Part shown: one piece after another, positions 51,191 through 63,016 of the stretch | Layout of the letters: each line of letters starts with the position of its first letter | How positions within the stretch are numbered: position 1 is the stretch's first letter | NCBI GenBank assembly: GCA_038496445.1 | Contig: JALMLS010000523.1 | Location: 49,110 to 113,109 of the forward strand | DNA from: Trichosphaerium sp. ATCC 40318 | Taxonomy: Eukaryota; Protista; Tubulinea | Length of the DNA stretch: 64,000 nt | Reading direction: 5' to 3' | Notes under the pieces: generated by a model | The model's input: the letters and a program-made list of their open reading frames with translations, nothing else | Databases searched by the model: none | What the model was told of the DNA's origin: nothing | Translations under genes and position numbers: made by a program

Positions 51191-51582
51191 TGAGGTAAAT
51201 GCCTTGTGTTCGTTGAAGAAAATGTCTGGTTAAGGACACATTTTGGAAATAAGGCAAGATTTCTTGTTCTTTAAACGAGTTGACCTGTCAGGTGTAGGTT
51301 GAGGTGTTACTGTTTTATGATGTAAACGAGAATACGCAACAGGGAAACTAATTGGAAGGGTCTCACTGCTCAAATACAATTCATGAATCAATAGACTAAA
51401 ACGGAAGAATAGGAACTTTGTGGATAATTTCAGTGAATCAAAAACGATGTTGAACTTTGTTCTTGTAGTGTAATCAATGGGTGGAAAAGTAGAAAATATT
51501 TTAGAACTAAATTGGGGTACAAGGAAATTGGTAGTAATTTTCTGTTTATCTTTTTTTCAACACCTTTTGCACTTTTTTTGAT

Positions 51583-54500
51583 TCAATTCTTAGGCCCAAG
51601 CAATGCGCCAGTTGTCATTCTTCCACCGCCTCGACCAAACTAAAATATAAAAATAAGAATATGATATCATTGTTTCAATAGGCACGATCAAGAGTAAGAC
51701 CTTGTGCAAAAAAGAAAAATAAAGGAAAGATCATTTGTTAAAAAAAATAAGACTCTTGGTTGTTTACCTTTAGCCTCTTTCTTGCTTTAACAACATCAGC
51801 TTGAATACAACTTGATACAATACTACTAAAGTCCTTAAAGAATAAAAACATCTCAGCAAAGAATGCATAACGATGAATATCCTCGTTTGCTCTATCAAGT
51901 ACATCCTTTGCATTTCCCTAAACTCAACCATTACTTAATAAATCACGTGAATAATCACGTGCCATTTTCAACGGTGGTGCATATAGCTCTACCCAAGCTG
52001 ATGTGATTTCTCTAACAGACGCATCCTCTACAAAAGAGTAAGAAAATTTGATTTTTGTCGATCTGAGGAAAGCAGAAAAGGAATGTACGTTGCCAGGCTG
52101 TTTGATCATAATCTATACCACCAACAAAGTCTATAGCATCGCTTACTTTTCTAAGAAGAAGATTCATGTGCATAACACGTTTTCGCATATCAGCAGCAAA
52201 ATTCTTTATGGGTCAAGGAAATTTGCAATAAATCAAAGTAAAAATACAAGCTTGTTTGAGGATACTACCATGGAGTTTGTGAAAAATAGTTTACCGCTTT
52301 CTTCTTCATCTTGACTGTTCTCTTGTATTGCCTTTTCTATGTCCCATAGTTTTCTTAACGCTGTTGGTGGAACAAGTTGTCCATGAAGCAATGCTATTAG
52401 CGTGTTAGAAGAGGTTGTTGAAGATAAAAACTCAACCTGCAAGAGCTTTTTGGAACTTCTCTCCGAGGCTGCTTATGGTAAGAGCAGCGTCTTTATTCGT
52501 TTGGTAAAGTGTTTCAGTGATGAATCTAAGCACAGAGACCTTTGGATTTGCTGGTGATTTAATGTCATTGAGCTAGAAGATCAAACAGTTGTGAACAAGC
52601 TAACGGCAATGAATCAATAATGTCTTACCTTTAGTAATGAATTGATATTGAAGCCTCTTGTCTTCCTTGTTGATAAGTGATTCATTACGCCTATTACCAT
52701 CTAGTAAAGATAAAAAGTTAGTGTAGTTCAAAAAGGGTTGTCGCTATTACCTCCAAGAACACTTTGAAGTTTTTCCCGCCAAGTTCTTTTACAACATTAA
52801 GTACGTCCATAACACCCTACCACTCTAAGTTCACATAACCGTGCCAACTAGCCGAGCAGGCGTACGTCTGTTTTCTCTGCAATCGATTCTAAAAATTCTT
52901 CTTTCCATTTCATCAATGGTAGACGTGTCACAATGTCAGGACACTCATTGTACATCTGAATAAAAAATAAACAAAGGCAAGCAAAAAAAGTGCGTTCGTG
53001 CCTTAACCAGAAATTGTGATCCTTTCTCGAGTGCATCCATACGTCCTTCGTAGGCTATACATCGTGCATACTATAACGTTATTTTCTGTAAGTTAAAGAT
53101 TAGATAATAATCATCCAAATCGTACGTCTTCTTTGTATTCTTGTGCATGTTTCTGACTTACAAAGATTGGTGTTATCACTTGAAGTACATCTATTGTTAT
53201 TGTTTTTGATAGTTTCATTTTATGAATGCAATCAATAAGATGTCTCAAATCAAGGTTTGAAGAACGCAAGAATATCTCTAAAAAAATATCACGTGTTAGA
53301 AAGAAAGATCAAAGAACGTGTTGTTTGGCTGCAAGAAAAAAAAGAGATGTTTTGTAGTTTCTCTTTGCACGTGACTTACTCAGCATGCGTTCGCGCTTTG
53401 GTGCCAGTGATATCAATTTATTCTCTTCTTTTTTAACTGTAGGTCCAGCAGATACAGTAACGCGACCTGTCTTCATTGTAAACTGTTGTTCTAATACTTC
53501 TGCTTTAATTCCATGAAGCTCTGGTTTCATATCGTGGAATATAGTATCCTTTGTCATAGAAATACTCTTTACCCTAAATAAAACAAAAACATGTCAGACT
53601 CACGTGTACGAGTATGTACCCAAGGGTACTGCACTAACCTGTTTGCAATATTCAAAAATTTTCTTGTTGGTTTCTTTTTAGCACCAGGAGGAGGAGGAGG
53701 GCCGGGAGCGCTTGGTGGAGGTGGTGGAGCAGGCGGTCCTGGTACTGGTGGAGCATTTGGTGGTGAAGGGATTCCAGGTGGAGGTGGAGCGCCAGGAGGA
53801 GGTGGAGGTATATCACCATCTGCCAACATCACCTTGTGTTAAGTTAAGCTTGATTATTGTTTATTTGAGCTTCTTACCTGTGGTTTTGGATTCGCACGCT
53901 CCTTCGCTGTAACGAATTTTTTGAGTGAAAAGAAATTTGTTGTTTTTGTTTACCTTGCTTTCTGTTCTCAATGAGTTTATGAACAAATTCTATGAACGCT
54001 CGCGTTGGTGCTTGTGGTAATCCGAACGTTTCATTTGCAGGATCTTTTGGTTTGTTCGCTTTCTGTAAAAATCATCCATGTCAGTACAACAAACTGTTAT
54101 AAGTCTGCGCATACCTTAACCATTGGAACAACTACCTCAGGTTTGGTTATAACTACTTTACTATCTACCTACAATTAAAGTTAAGAGTGACTTATTCTGT
54201 TAGTTAAGTGATGATAGGTCCGTTTGTACTTTTTTATCAGATGGTGATGAACCTCCACCAGTATTCAATTGTTTTATCTTTTCTGTTAGTTGTTTAATCT
54301 TTTCTTCATCGCCTTTAGCCTTTTCTTCTAGCTTTTTAATCGTTTCCATCAGCTGTTAACAAGGTTAATCGAGGTACCCTAAACTATCACAAATGGGGCG
54401 TACTTCTGCTTCAGATGGCGGAGGTGGAGGTGCATCTAAGTCAACCTCAGAAGTAACAACTAGTGAAGACTCTTCTTCGTCTTTTGATTGTTCTTCTTTT

Positions 54501-57458
54501 AGCCTCCCTGTAGAGTTGTTATAATCATTGATATAAACGTGAGTCTGTCTATAAGTATTCACATACTTGAATTTGATCGTTTTAAGTTGCTACTATTCGC
54601 TCTCTGTGAAAGAAAACAAAGTAAGTTTCATGCGAACGAAAAAAAAAGAACAAGTCAAACTGCACGCACTGATGGTTTTGGAGACTTTAATAATCCGTTT
54701 ACCTGTATATTTGTGTTAATGGAATATGTATTTAAGGTCATTTCTTATCTTACCTTTGTTTTTACATCATACTTAAGGCCGTTATCATTGATAAGTTGCA
54801 TTAATGATCTAACATCACTTTCAAGACTTCTTGCTAGTTTTTTAAGAGCTCTTGCTTCTTTATCACGTTTGCGAAGTCTAAGCTTATACTTATCAAGCTC
54901 TTGTAATACGAGAGCGTAGTCAGCGCTTGAATTAGCTAAAAAAGAGTGAGAACAACCAACAAAAGAATAAAAGATGTCAAAAAGATTACATAAAAAAACC
55001 GAACCTGGGTTTGTTGATAGAATTCTATCCTCTTGTTGTAAGTAAGCATCAACCTCTTTTCTTAAAATAGCAACATCTTCATATTTATCTAGTATTTTCT
55101 ATTCATGTCACGTGTTAAAAAAAAACTGAAAAAAAGTTTTTGTTGGTGACTTTACCTCAAAGTTCTCCCTCATGAGTCCGGTTTTAGGATGATTAAGTGC
55201 AGGTTCTTTTAAGAAACCATATTTATCATTATTTGATATACATATTGTCAACAGTCGCAGGAAATTAGCCTGGATGATGTAAGGAATGACGTCAATGTGA
55301 CATGTTCGTGTTTTATTAAAGTATGTACCTTGAACTCAAGATTTGTACCCTCCCAAAGCTCTTCTAGAAGATCTCCAGTGACTCCAGTATGTACAACAAT
55401 GAACGATTTAACAGAAACAATCATTGAGCTAGTTAAAAACACGTGAGCGTTTTTATGCTTATTACCAAACAAAAGTAATAAACTCAAGTTCGTACTCCAC
55501 AACTGCATCGTTCTTAGCCATTCGAATAAGTAAACTAAACACGAGAACAACTTCTTCAATATCAACGCAGTCTATAACACTAACCAATAACTTGAGGTTA
55601 TCAAGAATGGTCAAGCAAGTTTTACTGATCTAAAGAGTACCTATTAATGAAGCAATTGTAGACTTAATCCTACGTAAAAAAACCCGGCTTAAACAAAAAT
55701 ATCACGTGACACCTTTAGCAACTTTGGTACCCCCAAAACCAGAAATGTTCAATAACAGATATTAAAAAATACGCACCTGTTCGTATCGTACAGCGTGATC
55801 AATTGTGTGAACCAAGTACTTCACCATATCGATATCTTGATCAGTAAATGTACGTGCTGCGCTCCTATCCATCTCGCGTTATTAATGAACCGATAATGAA
55901 TACTACTAGCTATATTAGCCATACCTAATCTTACTCATTTTGAAGCTAAGACATTCAACTATCCAAACTAATCCATCACGCCTTATAAACTCTTTTCTCC
56001 AGTTTTTAATATCCTCCTGTGCAGCCTTTTCGTTGTCTTTTAAAAATCACTTACACTACTCTTAGTACCTTTCTCTTTACACTTAACTTTGAGTTTAGGG
56101 TAGTAAGCACATCAATTGTCACATCGCCACGCTTTAAAAGGCCTACAGTTTGATTAAAAACATATCCACGTGGCGCCTAAAATGATCTTTTTTTGAAGTT
56201 TTCGGAAGTACCTATAAAATACTCTGGTTCTTGTTTTCTTTGCATGTGCTTTTCTTGTGCTACACGAAGCTGTTGAATAAGCGCCCATTTTTCACCAACA
56301 TTAGTTCTTTTTGGAATAACACCCGTTGGAAGTGATCTCTAAATATCTTTCAATTTAATCTTGATACATATTATACAAGGAATCATTTGTACGTACACAT
56401 GCTTTCTTATACATACTATCAATTTCGCGAACAGACATGAGCTTATTTATGTCAAACTTTGAAAAAAATTAGCGGCAACAAAGAAATAATACACGAAAGG
56501 AAAAACTTGTGGGTTCCTTACGTCGAAATGAACTTGCATGTGGATTTGACCAAGTTTAGTTCCAGAAAATTCCTTTCTAAAGCCAATACCAGAACCAGTT
56601 TTCTCTCTCATTTTCCTAAAACGCCTTCTCTTCAACTACACAGACAATTATTTTTATTGTTTTTTTTTGCTTCTTGAAAAAACTTGCTTACTTGTATCCA
56701 AAAGTCGTGTGGCTTATTATCAGCGAAATTGACCACAGGTATTTCAACAACACCCATGCTTGCTGTCATAATAAAGTTGACATATTCGAATACTTCAACA
56801 CGTAATAAAACAGGATCTGATTTTGTTCCAAGGTCATGAACTATCCTATAAAAATCCACAAAAATTAAATCACGTGATACTTGTCTTCCATGGTTTTAAC
56901 GTTATTTCAGTAAAAATAAAAAAAAACAGACACGTGACTAATAATAATATATCTTACGTAGCTGAAGTGAAAGCCCACATGACCTTACCCTTATCTGAAG
57001 CGATTGGCGCTAAAAAACACAAAAAGGTTACTACTTGTGGGTTTTTTAACCAAAATTCAACAAAAAAAATCCTAACGCGTACGGCTTGCTTCTTTGTGAT
57101 GTAGCACGCTCATTGTCACCCACGTATTATTATTAGAGAATCTTCCAGCTAAATTTATTAACAACCAACAAAAATAAAACAATCACGTGCTTCGTTACAA
57201 CGAAGTCTATAAGATAAGAAAAAACCTATGTTTTCGGTTTTCAAAACAAGACAACAATTTACCTCCGCTTTTCTTTTTTCCTAGCTGACCGATCTGTCTG
57301 CCCTCTAATATCGTCACTTGTAACAAGGCCTTGTCAAAATAAAGAGTTGGGTCAAGTTTGCCAACGTGATCCTCTAATTCATCTCCAACGTCTCCAACTG
57401 TATTCCGCTCAAACCCAAAGGCATCTTGAGCGAGAGTGTCTTCACTACTGGATTCCAT
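51583..57458 (-). CDS. Formin with N-terminal C2 domain, GBD/FH3, FH1 and FH2
   Basis: LQVTILEGRQ and LRVEVFEY..MGVVEIPV..HDFWI (C2); WRKEFIRRDGLVWI (GBD); poly-Pro FH1 at 53690-53820; LISLAPKRERML, FNINSLLKLNDIKS-like FH2 motifs. Confidence 0.9.
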
Positions 57459-57899
57459 CGTGTATTAAGGATAGCAACACGCTACAGTTTATACTTTATA
57501 TTAATTAACGCGTTATTTGGCAAAAAGAAGGTGGCTAGCAATATGAGAAAGAAAGACTTAATGAGAGAAAGGTGACTTGTTTTTTTTTGTTTTTGATTCT
57601 CAAAAAGTCCGAAATACTCCTATTCACGAAGTGACGTTTTGTGTTATGATCACACGAACTGTAATGGTTAATGAATACAGTATTCCGACAATGTAAGTAT
57701 TTCCTTTACCCCTATTTTTGTATTTTCTGCACCTCATGTCTACACGGAATGTTGAACAGCAATATTTATTCTATTTTTCAAGATCAGTTTTAATGCCTTT
57801 TTTTTTAGTTTTTTGGAGCTTCGATAATGTTCAATAAATGGAGGTGTGCGTTGAAATACTTTGTAGTCAAAAAGCGCAAAACTCACTTTGGAAGCACGT

Positions 57900-58737
57900 T
57901 CATTTATAATATTTACGTTTTTGGTTCCTCTTTGCTTTTGAGGTTATTTTAGTATGAACAGTGCGCAAAGTATAAACACCATTTAGTGATTTGATGCCTT
58001 CATCTGTAGCAGAAGTATAAGAGAGATCAAGTGTATGAACGCCTGCCAGTGATTTAATGCCTTCATCTGATATTTGCATACATCTAGTAAGGTCGATACT
58101 ATGTACACCAGCGAGTGCTCTTAAACCTTCATCTGTAACAGAAGTACGAGTAAGGTTAATGGTATGAACACCTACAAGTGCTTTGATGCCTTCATCTGAT
58201 ATTTGCATACATATACTAAGGTTGATACTATGTACACCAGCGAGTGCTCTTAAACCTTCATCTGTAACAGAAGTACGAGTAAGGTTAATGGTATGAACAC
58301 CAGCAAGGGCTTTGACACCTTCATCGTCAACATCAGAACATTCAAGATTAATCGTATGAATGCCAGCAAGTGCTAATACCTTTATCTTTCATATTGCAAA
58401 ATGGAAGATTTATGGAATGAACCCCGGTAAGTTGTTTTATGTCTTTGTATGTTAATTGATGTCTGTATGTTGATGTTATATTTCGACAATCAGCTAATAA
58501 TGAAAACAAATTAACTTTCTTCTTTATACAAACGCAAACCATAGAATTTCTCATAATACCCTTGTACTGTGCGATCCTCACCAAGTCTGGAATATTGTGA
58601 ATATAGACACGTCCATAGCCAACAATGGCGTGAATGATATCAGCCAATATACTACAAGATTGAGCAATAGAGAACTTATCTTTCTCTCTTATTCGACATA
58701 CAATCTTTGAAAGAACTTCTGGTGGACAATCAAGCAT
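57900..58737 (-). pseudogene. F-box + LRR gene (paralog of 20234-21502) with a frameshift near 58374
   Basis: MLDCPPEVLSKIV..KFSIAQSC; frame breaks at GGT ATT A GCA CTT GCT; the downstream frame continues ALAGIHTINLEC...GVHTINLTRTSVTDEGL. Confidence 0.7.
58048..58303. repeat. ~129-bp tandem duplication (two LRR units) inside the LRR gene
   Basis: ccttcatctgatatttgcatac...gtacaccagcgagtgctcttaaaccttcatctgtaacagaagtacgagtaaggttaatggtatgaacacc occurs twice. Confidence 0.85.
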
Positions 58738-58862
58738 ATTCGCCCTAAATTGTTTTAGTAACAACTCTTTGTGACTAGAAAAACACAACTTATGTATGTA
58801 TTCAAACTAAAATGTACGACTTCGGTATTGTTGATTTGTTACGGTGTTGTACACATGTCATT

Positions 58863-59186
58863 TCAAAGATTACACTTGACACATAACGGCACTGAAAGAT
58901 AAATGTTCTTTAACCACAAAGGTGAATTGTAGAAGAATGTTTGTTTTTCTGAGAAAAATATCAACAACACGTACTTTCTTGGTTTGCACTTTGTCAAATT
59001 AAGATTCTTTGGTTGTTGTCCAACGTTCGTAAGTTGTTGCGTGATGGTTGTATCTGAGACGTTTAATATAGTTTCCACTTGTTTTACGAAGGTTTTGTGT
59101 TCTGGTGTAATTTTATTAAATAGATCCTTGTGGTTCTTGTGATAGTATGTGAGGGCTTGTTCTACGGTGATACCACAAAAACTCAT
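58863..59186 (-). CDS. Hypothetical small protein
   Basis: ATG-initiated ORF, possibly with a 3' intron (gtacgt donor ~58973); no recognisable motif. Confidence 0.3.
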   Translation of the reverse strand: MSFCGITVEQALTYYHKNHKDLFNKITPEHKTFVKQVETILNVSDTTITQQLTNVGQQPKNLNLTKCKPRKYVLLIFFSEKQTFFYNSPLWLKNIYLSVPLCVKCNL

Positions 59187-59448
59187 GATTTGCTGTGTTT
59201 GGAATGCGATAACCAGTTTGCAACAACACTTAACTCCTTAAGCTAGATTGCCAAGAAATTTGAAAAATAGTCATTCTTTGTTAAGAGGAGATTTCACCTG
59301 TTCGAACCAAGGCTGATTGCGTGGGTTAAAGTCTGAGCGTGGAAACGGCTTTCAACTTTACTAGAGTAGCATTCACTTGTACAAGTAATTGTAGGTAACC
59401 GTTTAATAATGTTTGTGCCTAGTAGGGACCGGACCACTACCTTGTCTG

Positions 59449-61898
59449 TTACTTTCTGAACGGTACGGGTTCCTTTGCTGGTAATCCTCTAGGGTCTTCG
59501 TCAAGTGGAGTTACATCTGCAGTCTGCAAATACCATTCTAAGAGCTCCTCAAGTAGTTCTACACGTTGGGTAGAGTACCTAAACAATACATTACTTTTTT
59601 TTAAGGTCACTTTTCAAACTCACGATGGATCGTTATAAACGTTGTTCAGTTCTCTTGGATCTTTTTTAATATCATAAAGCTCATTAACACCGAGCGGCCT
59701 GTAAACCATCTAGATTCCAAAAACTTAGTTTAAAGTTGCGCAGAAGAACGAACTATTGAAAAAATAAAGAATTCTGTCCTTGTCGAACCTTAAAGTCCAT
59801 TTTTCGTATCATTACACAACGTGGTATTCCATTAGGTTGTTTTTCTTCTTCTCCTCTTGGATAAACCATACGAGTCTTATCCGCATATGTTTTAGCTTGC
59901 TCTGGATCATAGGGCTCAATCTCCTGTTGCAGAAAGGTCAGCGCCAATAGTCTTTGGAGAAAGTAGTGTACATAATGGTAGTAGTAGCCTCCTTCGCTGA
60001 ATACTGCACGATTTACATCACCAGTGCTTCCTTTTAATTCTGGCACAAGTGATTTTGAAAAATGTACACGTGTATCATTAATGCCTGCAAGATCAAGGAT
60101 AGTAGACATAATATCAAATTGAGCGACAGGTGTCCTACGAAAATAAGCATCAATCTTAGAAAGTTTGTTTGATGCTTGCGTACTTTACACGATGACCTTT
60201 TACACCATCTGGTATGCGCATCATCAATGGAACATGTGTTAAGATATCATCCATACCACCAGGCCATTTTTCGACAAGGTGGAAATCACCCTTTTATTGC
60301 CTTTAGTTGTGAATAAATTTCTGATTTTTTTCTTACTGAAAAGTCTCCATGATCAGATGAAACTATAACTGCTGTGTTATCCCAGTACTCGCTTTTTTCA
60401 ACATAGTCTAACATTTGACCAAATACCCAATCTAATAAATTGATAAGCGCAACACAAGCTAAGCCTCACTTACCAGAGTACGAAATTAGCCCCAAGTATA
60501 CTGCATTTATTCTATAGAACAGATCATCATTGAAGTTTGTCAAATTTCTATAATATTGAATGCCCTCAGTTGGTGAATGATATTTTGGTTTTTCTATCCC
60601 ATCCATTAGCTATTAAAAAACATAAAGAAGTTTCGCACTTGGATTATTTGGTGGTCTCAAAGGTGCTTTTTTCTAAACGTGATTGTTAGTTGCTCAGAAA
60701 AAAAAAGTTGCATGTACCTTTATTTCATCTGGATTGTACATGCTGTAGTACGGATTCGGAGCACCATAAGGTGGATGAGCTCCAATACCAGGTAAAAATA
60801 TCATCCAAGGCTCCTGAGGGTTTGTCTCTAAAAACCGAATCGCACGTGTTACTGCGTAGTAATCCCTTGCCAAAAGAAATTAGCAACAACAAAGCACTGT
60901 TTTCCCTTTTTCGTTCTTTCTTTACCTGTTATTGGTTGAATTGTACGAGTCTGTATCAGGCTTGTCCAAGTACGAATAATACCTATAACTAGTAAACAAG
61001 CGTAAAAAAGGCCATAAGCTGATATTGATCACTTTTTTTTTGCGTTCGAAAACTACAAAGCGTACCCTGCCTCACCAAATTTGAACATGGGTCCTCCTCT
61101 TTGAACGCCTATATCGTCTTCCCAATATGTAACAGAGTCTGGGAACGCTTTTTGACTAAACATATCGTTCTTTCCAAGCCATACAACAGTATAGCCATCT
61201 TCCTTCAAATACTTGAACAGATTTCTTTCATAAACTTGAACAAGATGCGTCTGAGTTCTATCCTCAAAATTAGGAACATACAGGCCTACAAACATAATCT
61301 AAACGATTTTCACCTGTGACCAAGAACCTAAAAAACCCAAAATAGTTACTCACGTGATATTTCAAGTAAAGGAAAAGTAGCTAAAGTGTTCAAAAATACT
61401 GTCGTATAACTTAGCTAGGGTTATAGGACGAGTTGTTGCAGGTACGAGGTAAGTAGAATTCTAAGTTTATTAATCTTATTACAAAATAAGGAACTTCGTT
61501 ATATTCAGATAACGAATGACGGATATGAATGTGTTCATATACGACAATACAACGAATAAACAACTTCGTTACTCACATGCAAGTATCTTCCTGTAGTGAG
61601 TGCGCAGCGACTTGGAGAGCACTAGTTATAAAACAAGTTAGTTTAAACCAAAAATAAATGCAAGGCATGTCGGTAGTCTTTGTTAACGTACTTGGGTATG
61701 CTGCACGTGAGCATTTTCAAAAACAGTGCCCATGGAGGCTAAGCGATCATAGTTTGGTGTTTTTGTTATAGGATGACCATAAGTACCAAGAGACTCTGCT
61801 CTTGTCTCATCTGGAAAGAAAAAGATAAAGTTTGGCTTCTTTGCAGCCAGTACCAATCCTAATAAACATAATAACACAATCGTTGCGATATATGTCAT
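59449..61898 (-). CDS. Secreted formylglycine-dependent sulfatase
   Basis: Signal peptide; KKPNFIFFFPDETRAESLG; HTQ/CSPSRCALTTGRY (CxPxR); SSDHGDF; ELYDIKKDPRELNNV. Confidence 0.92.
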
Positions 61899-62621
61899 TA
61901 TCACGTGTTAAGTGTAGTGGACTGAATAAGACCAATTTTTTTATGTATACTATGACTGTACCGTTATGCCCAAGATTAAACCGTCTGGATCCAGCAAAAA
62001 TACATAAACATCGGACCTAGATACGCTTCTGAAGTTCATCTAATACGACACTATTAGGGAAATTTTGTCAACTTTATTGTTACTGGAATTGCTTGATAAG
62101 AAATGTCTCCTTCATTCTTCTTTCCTTTCCAATGTTACGTAGAAGCAGTCGCAGCACCTAACTCCTCTACGAAATATACAACTTTGTAGCAGTTAAGCCT
62201 GATTAGGATCGACGGCTGTTTTGCGTTTGCCGTTAACAGAATGGTAATTTTTCTAAAACTCGTGATTGTCGAAACTACTGCCAAGGTGTAACTTTAGAGA
62301 AAAGTTAGTCTCCCTTAAAGTTTAATCATTAACCGTGCAATGATTAGCTTTGGCACCAGTGACGCACAATTTTGTTAGAGTGGTATACGCATTTAATAAC
62401 CTATGGGGCCACAAATACCAACGGGTTATCCACCCAAATTCCATAGTATTCTTTCAATCATAAATGTTTGCTAAAGAAACTGGACGCCGGATTTGTAAGT
62501 GTAAAAATCACTAAGGCTACATTCATAGTACATCCGGTAGTAAATACTGAGATCATCTTCCCTGGTCTGTTGAAACTGACATTGAAAAGTTTGTTATAAC
62601 TTAAGGTACTTAAGTCATACT

Positions 62622-62927
62622 ATGAAGGACACAATGAGACATTTTGAGCCACAACAATTACTTTCAACATCTTTTATGGAGCACACTCATTGGAATCAGT
62701 CTTTTGACACAAGTGACAACACACAACAGCTAAAAATATCGTTTCGCGTCAAATTCAAGAAAGAAACGTACAGAATACGTACATCAACGTATGGTACAGT
62801 AATTCAACTCAAACAGGCTGTATATAAAGTGATAGGGGTTAAACCACATTTACAACGTTATCCTTCACTTGATTACTCGGAGTACACCAATGTAATGTAC
62901 GGACTGGCTTACGCCGGTCAACTGTAA
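62622..62927 (+). CDS. Ubiquitin-like domain ORF, probably disrupted
   Basis: ISFRVKFKKETYRI..GTVIQLKQAVYKVIGVKPHLQR resembles the first two-thirds of a UBL domain. Confidence 0.5.
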   Translation: MKDTMRHFEPQQLLSTSFMEHTHWNQSFDTSDNTQQLKISFRVKFKKETYRIRTSTYGTVIQLKQAVYKVIGVKPHLQRYPSLDYSEYTNVMYGLAYAGQL

Positions 62928-63016
62928 TCAACCCAAATAAACACACTTAATCTCCTCGAGTTCTCCAAGCACCCTCTCCTGTTATATTTGACGACACGAA
63001 TCGATTTGAACACACC

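Noticed and set aside
57191-57206. 16-nt formin micro-exon with a GC donor
   Set aside because: Including it breaks the frame; skipping it (GGA G|...|CT GGA) keeps the frame
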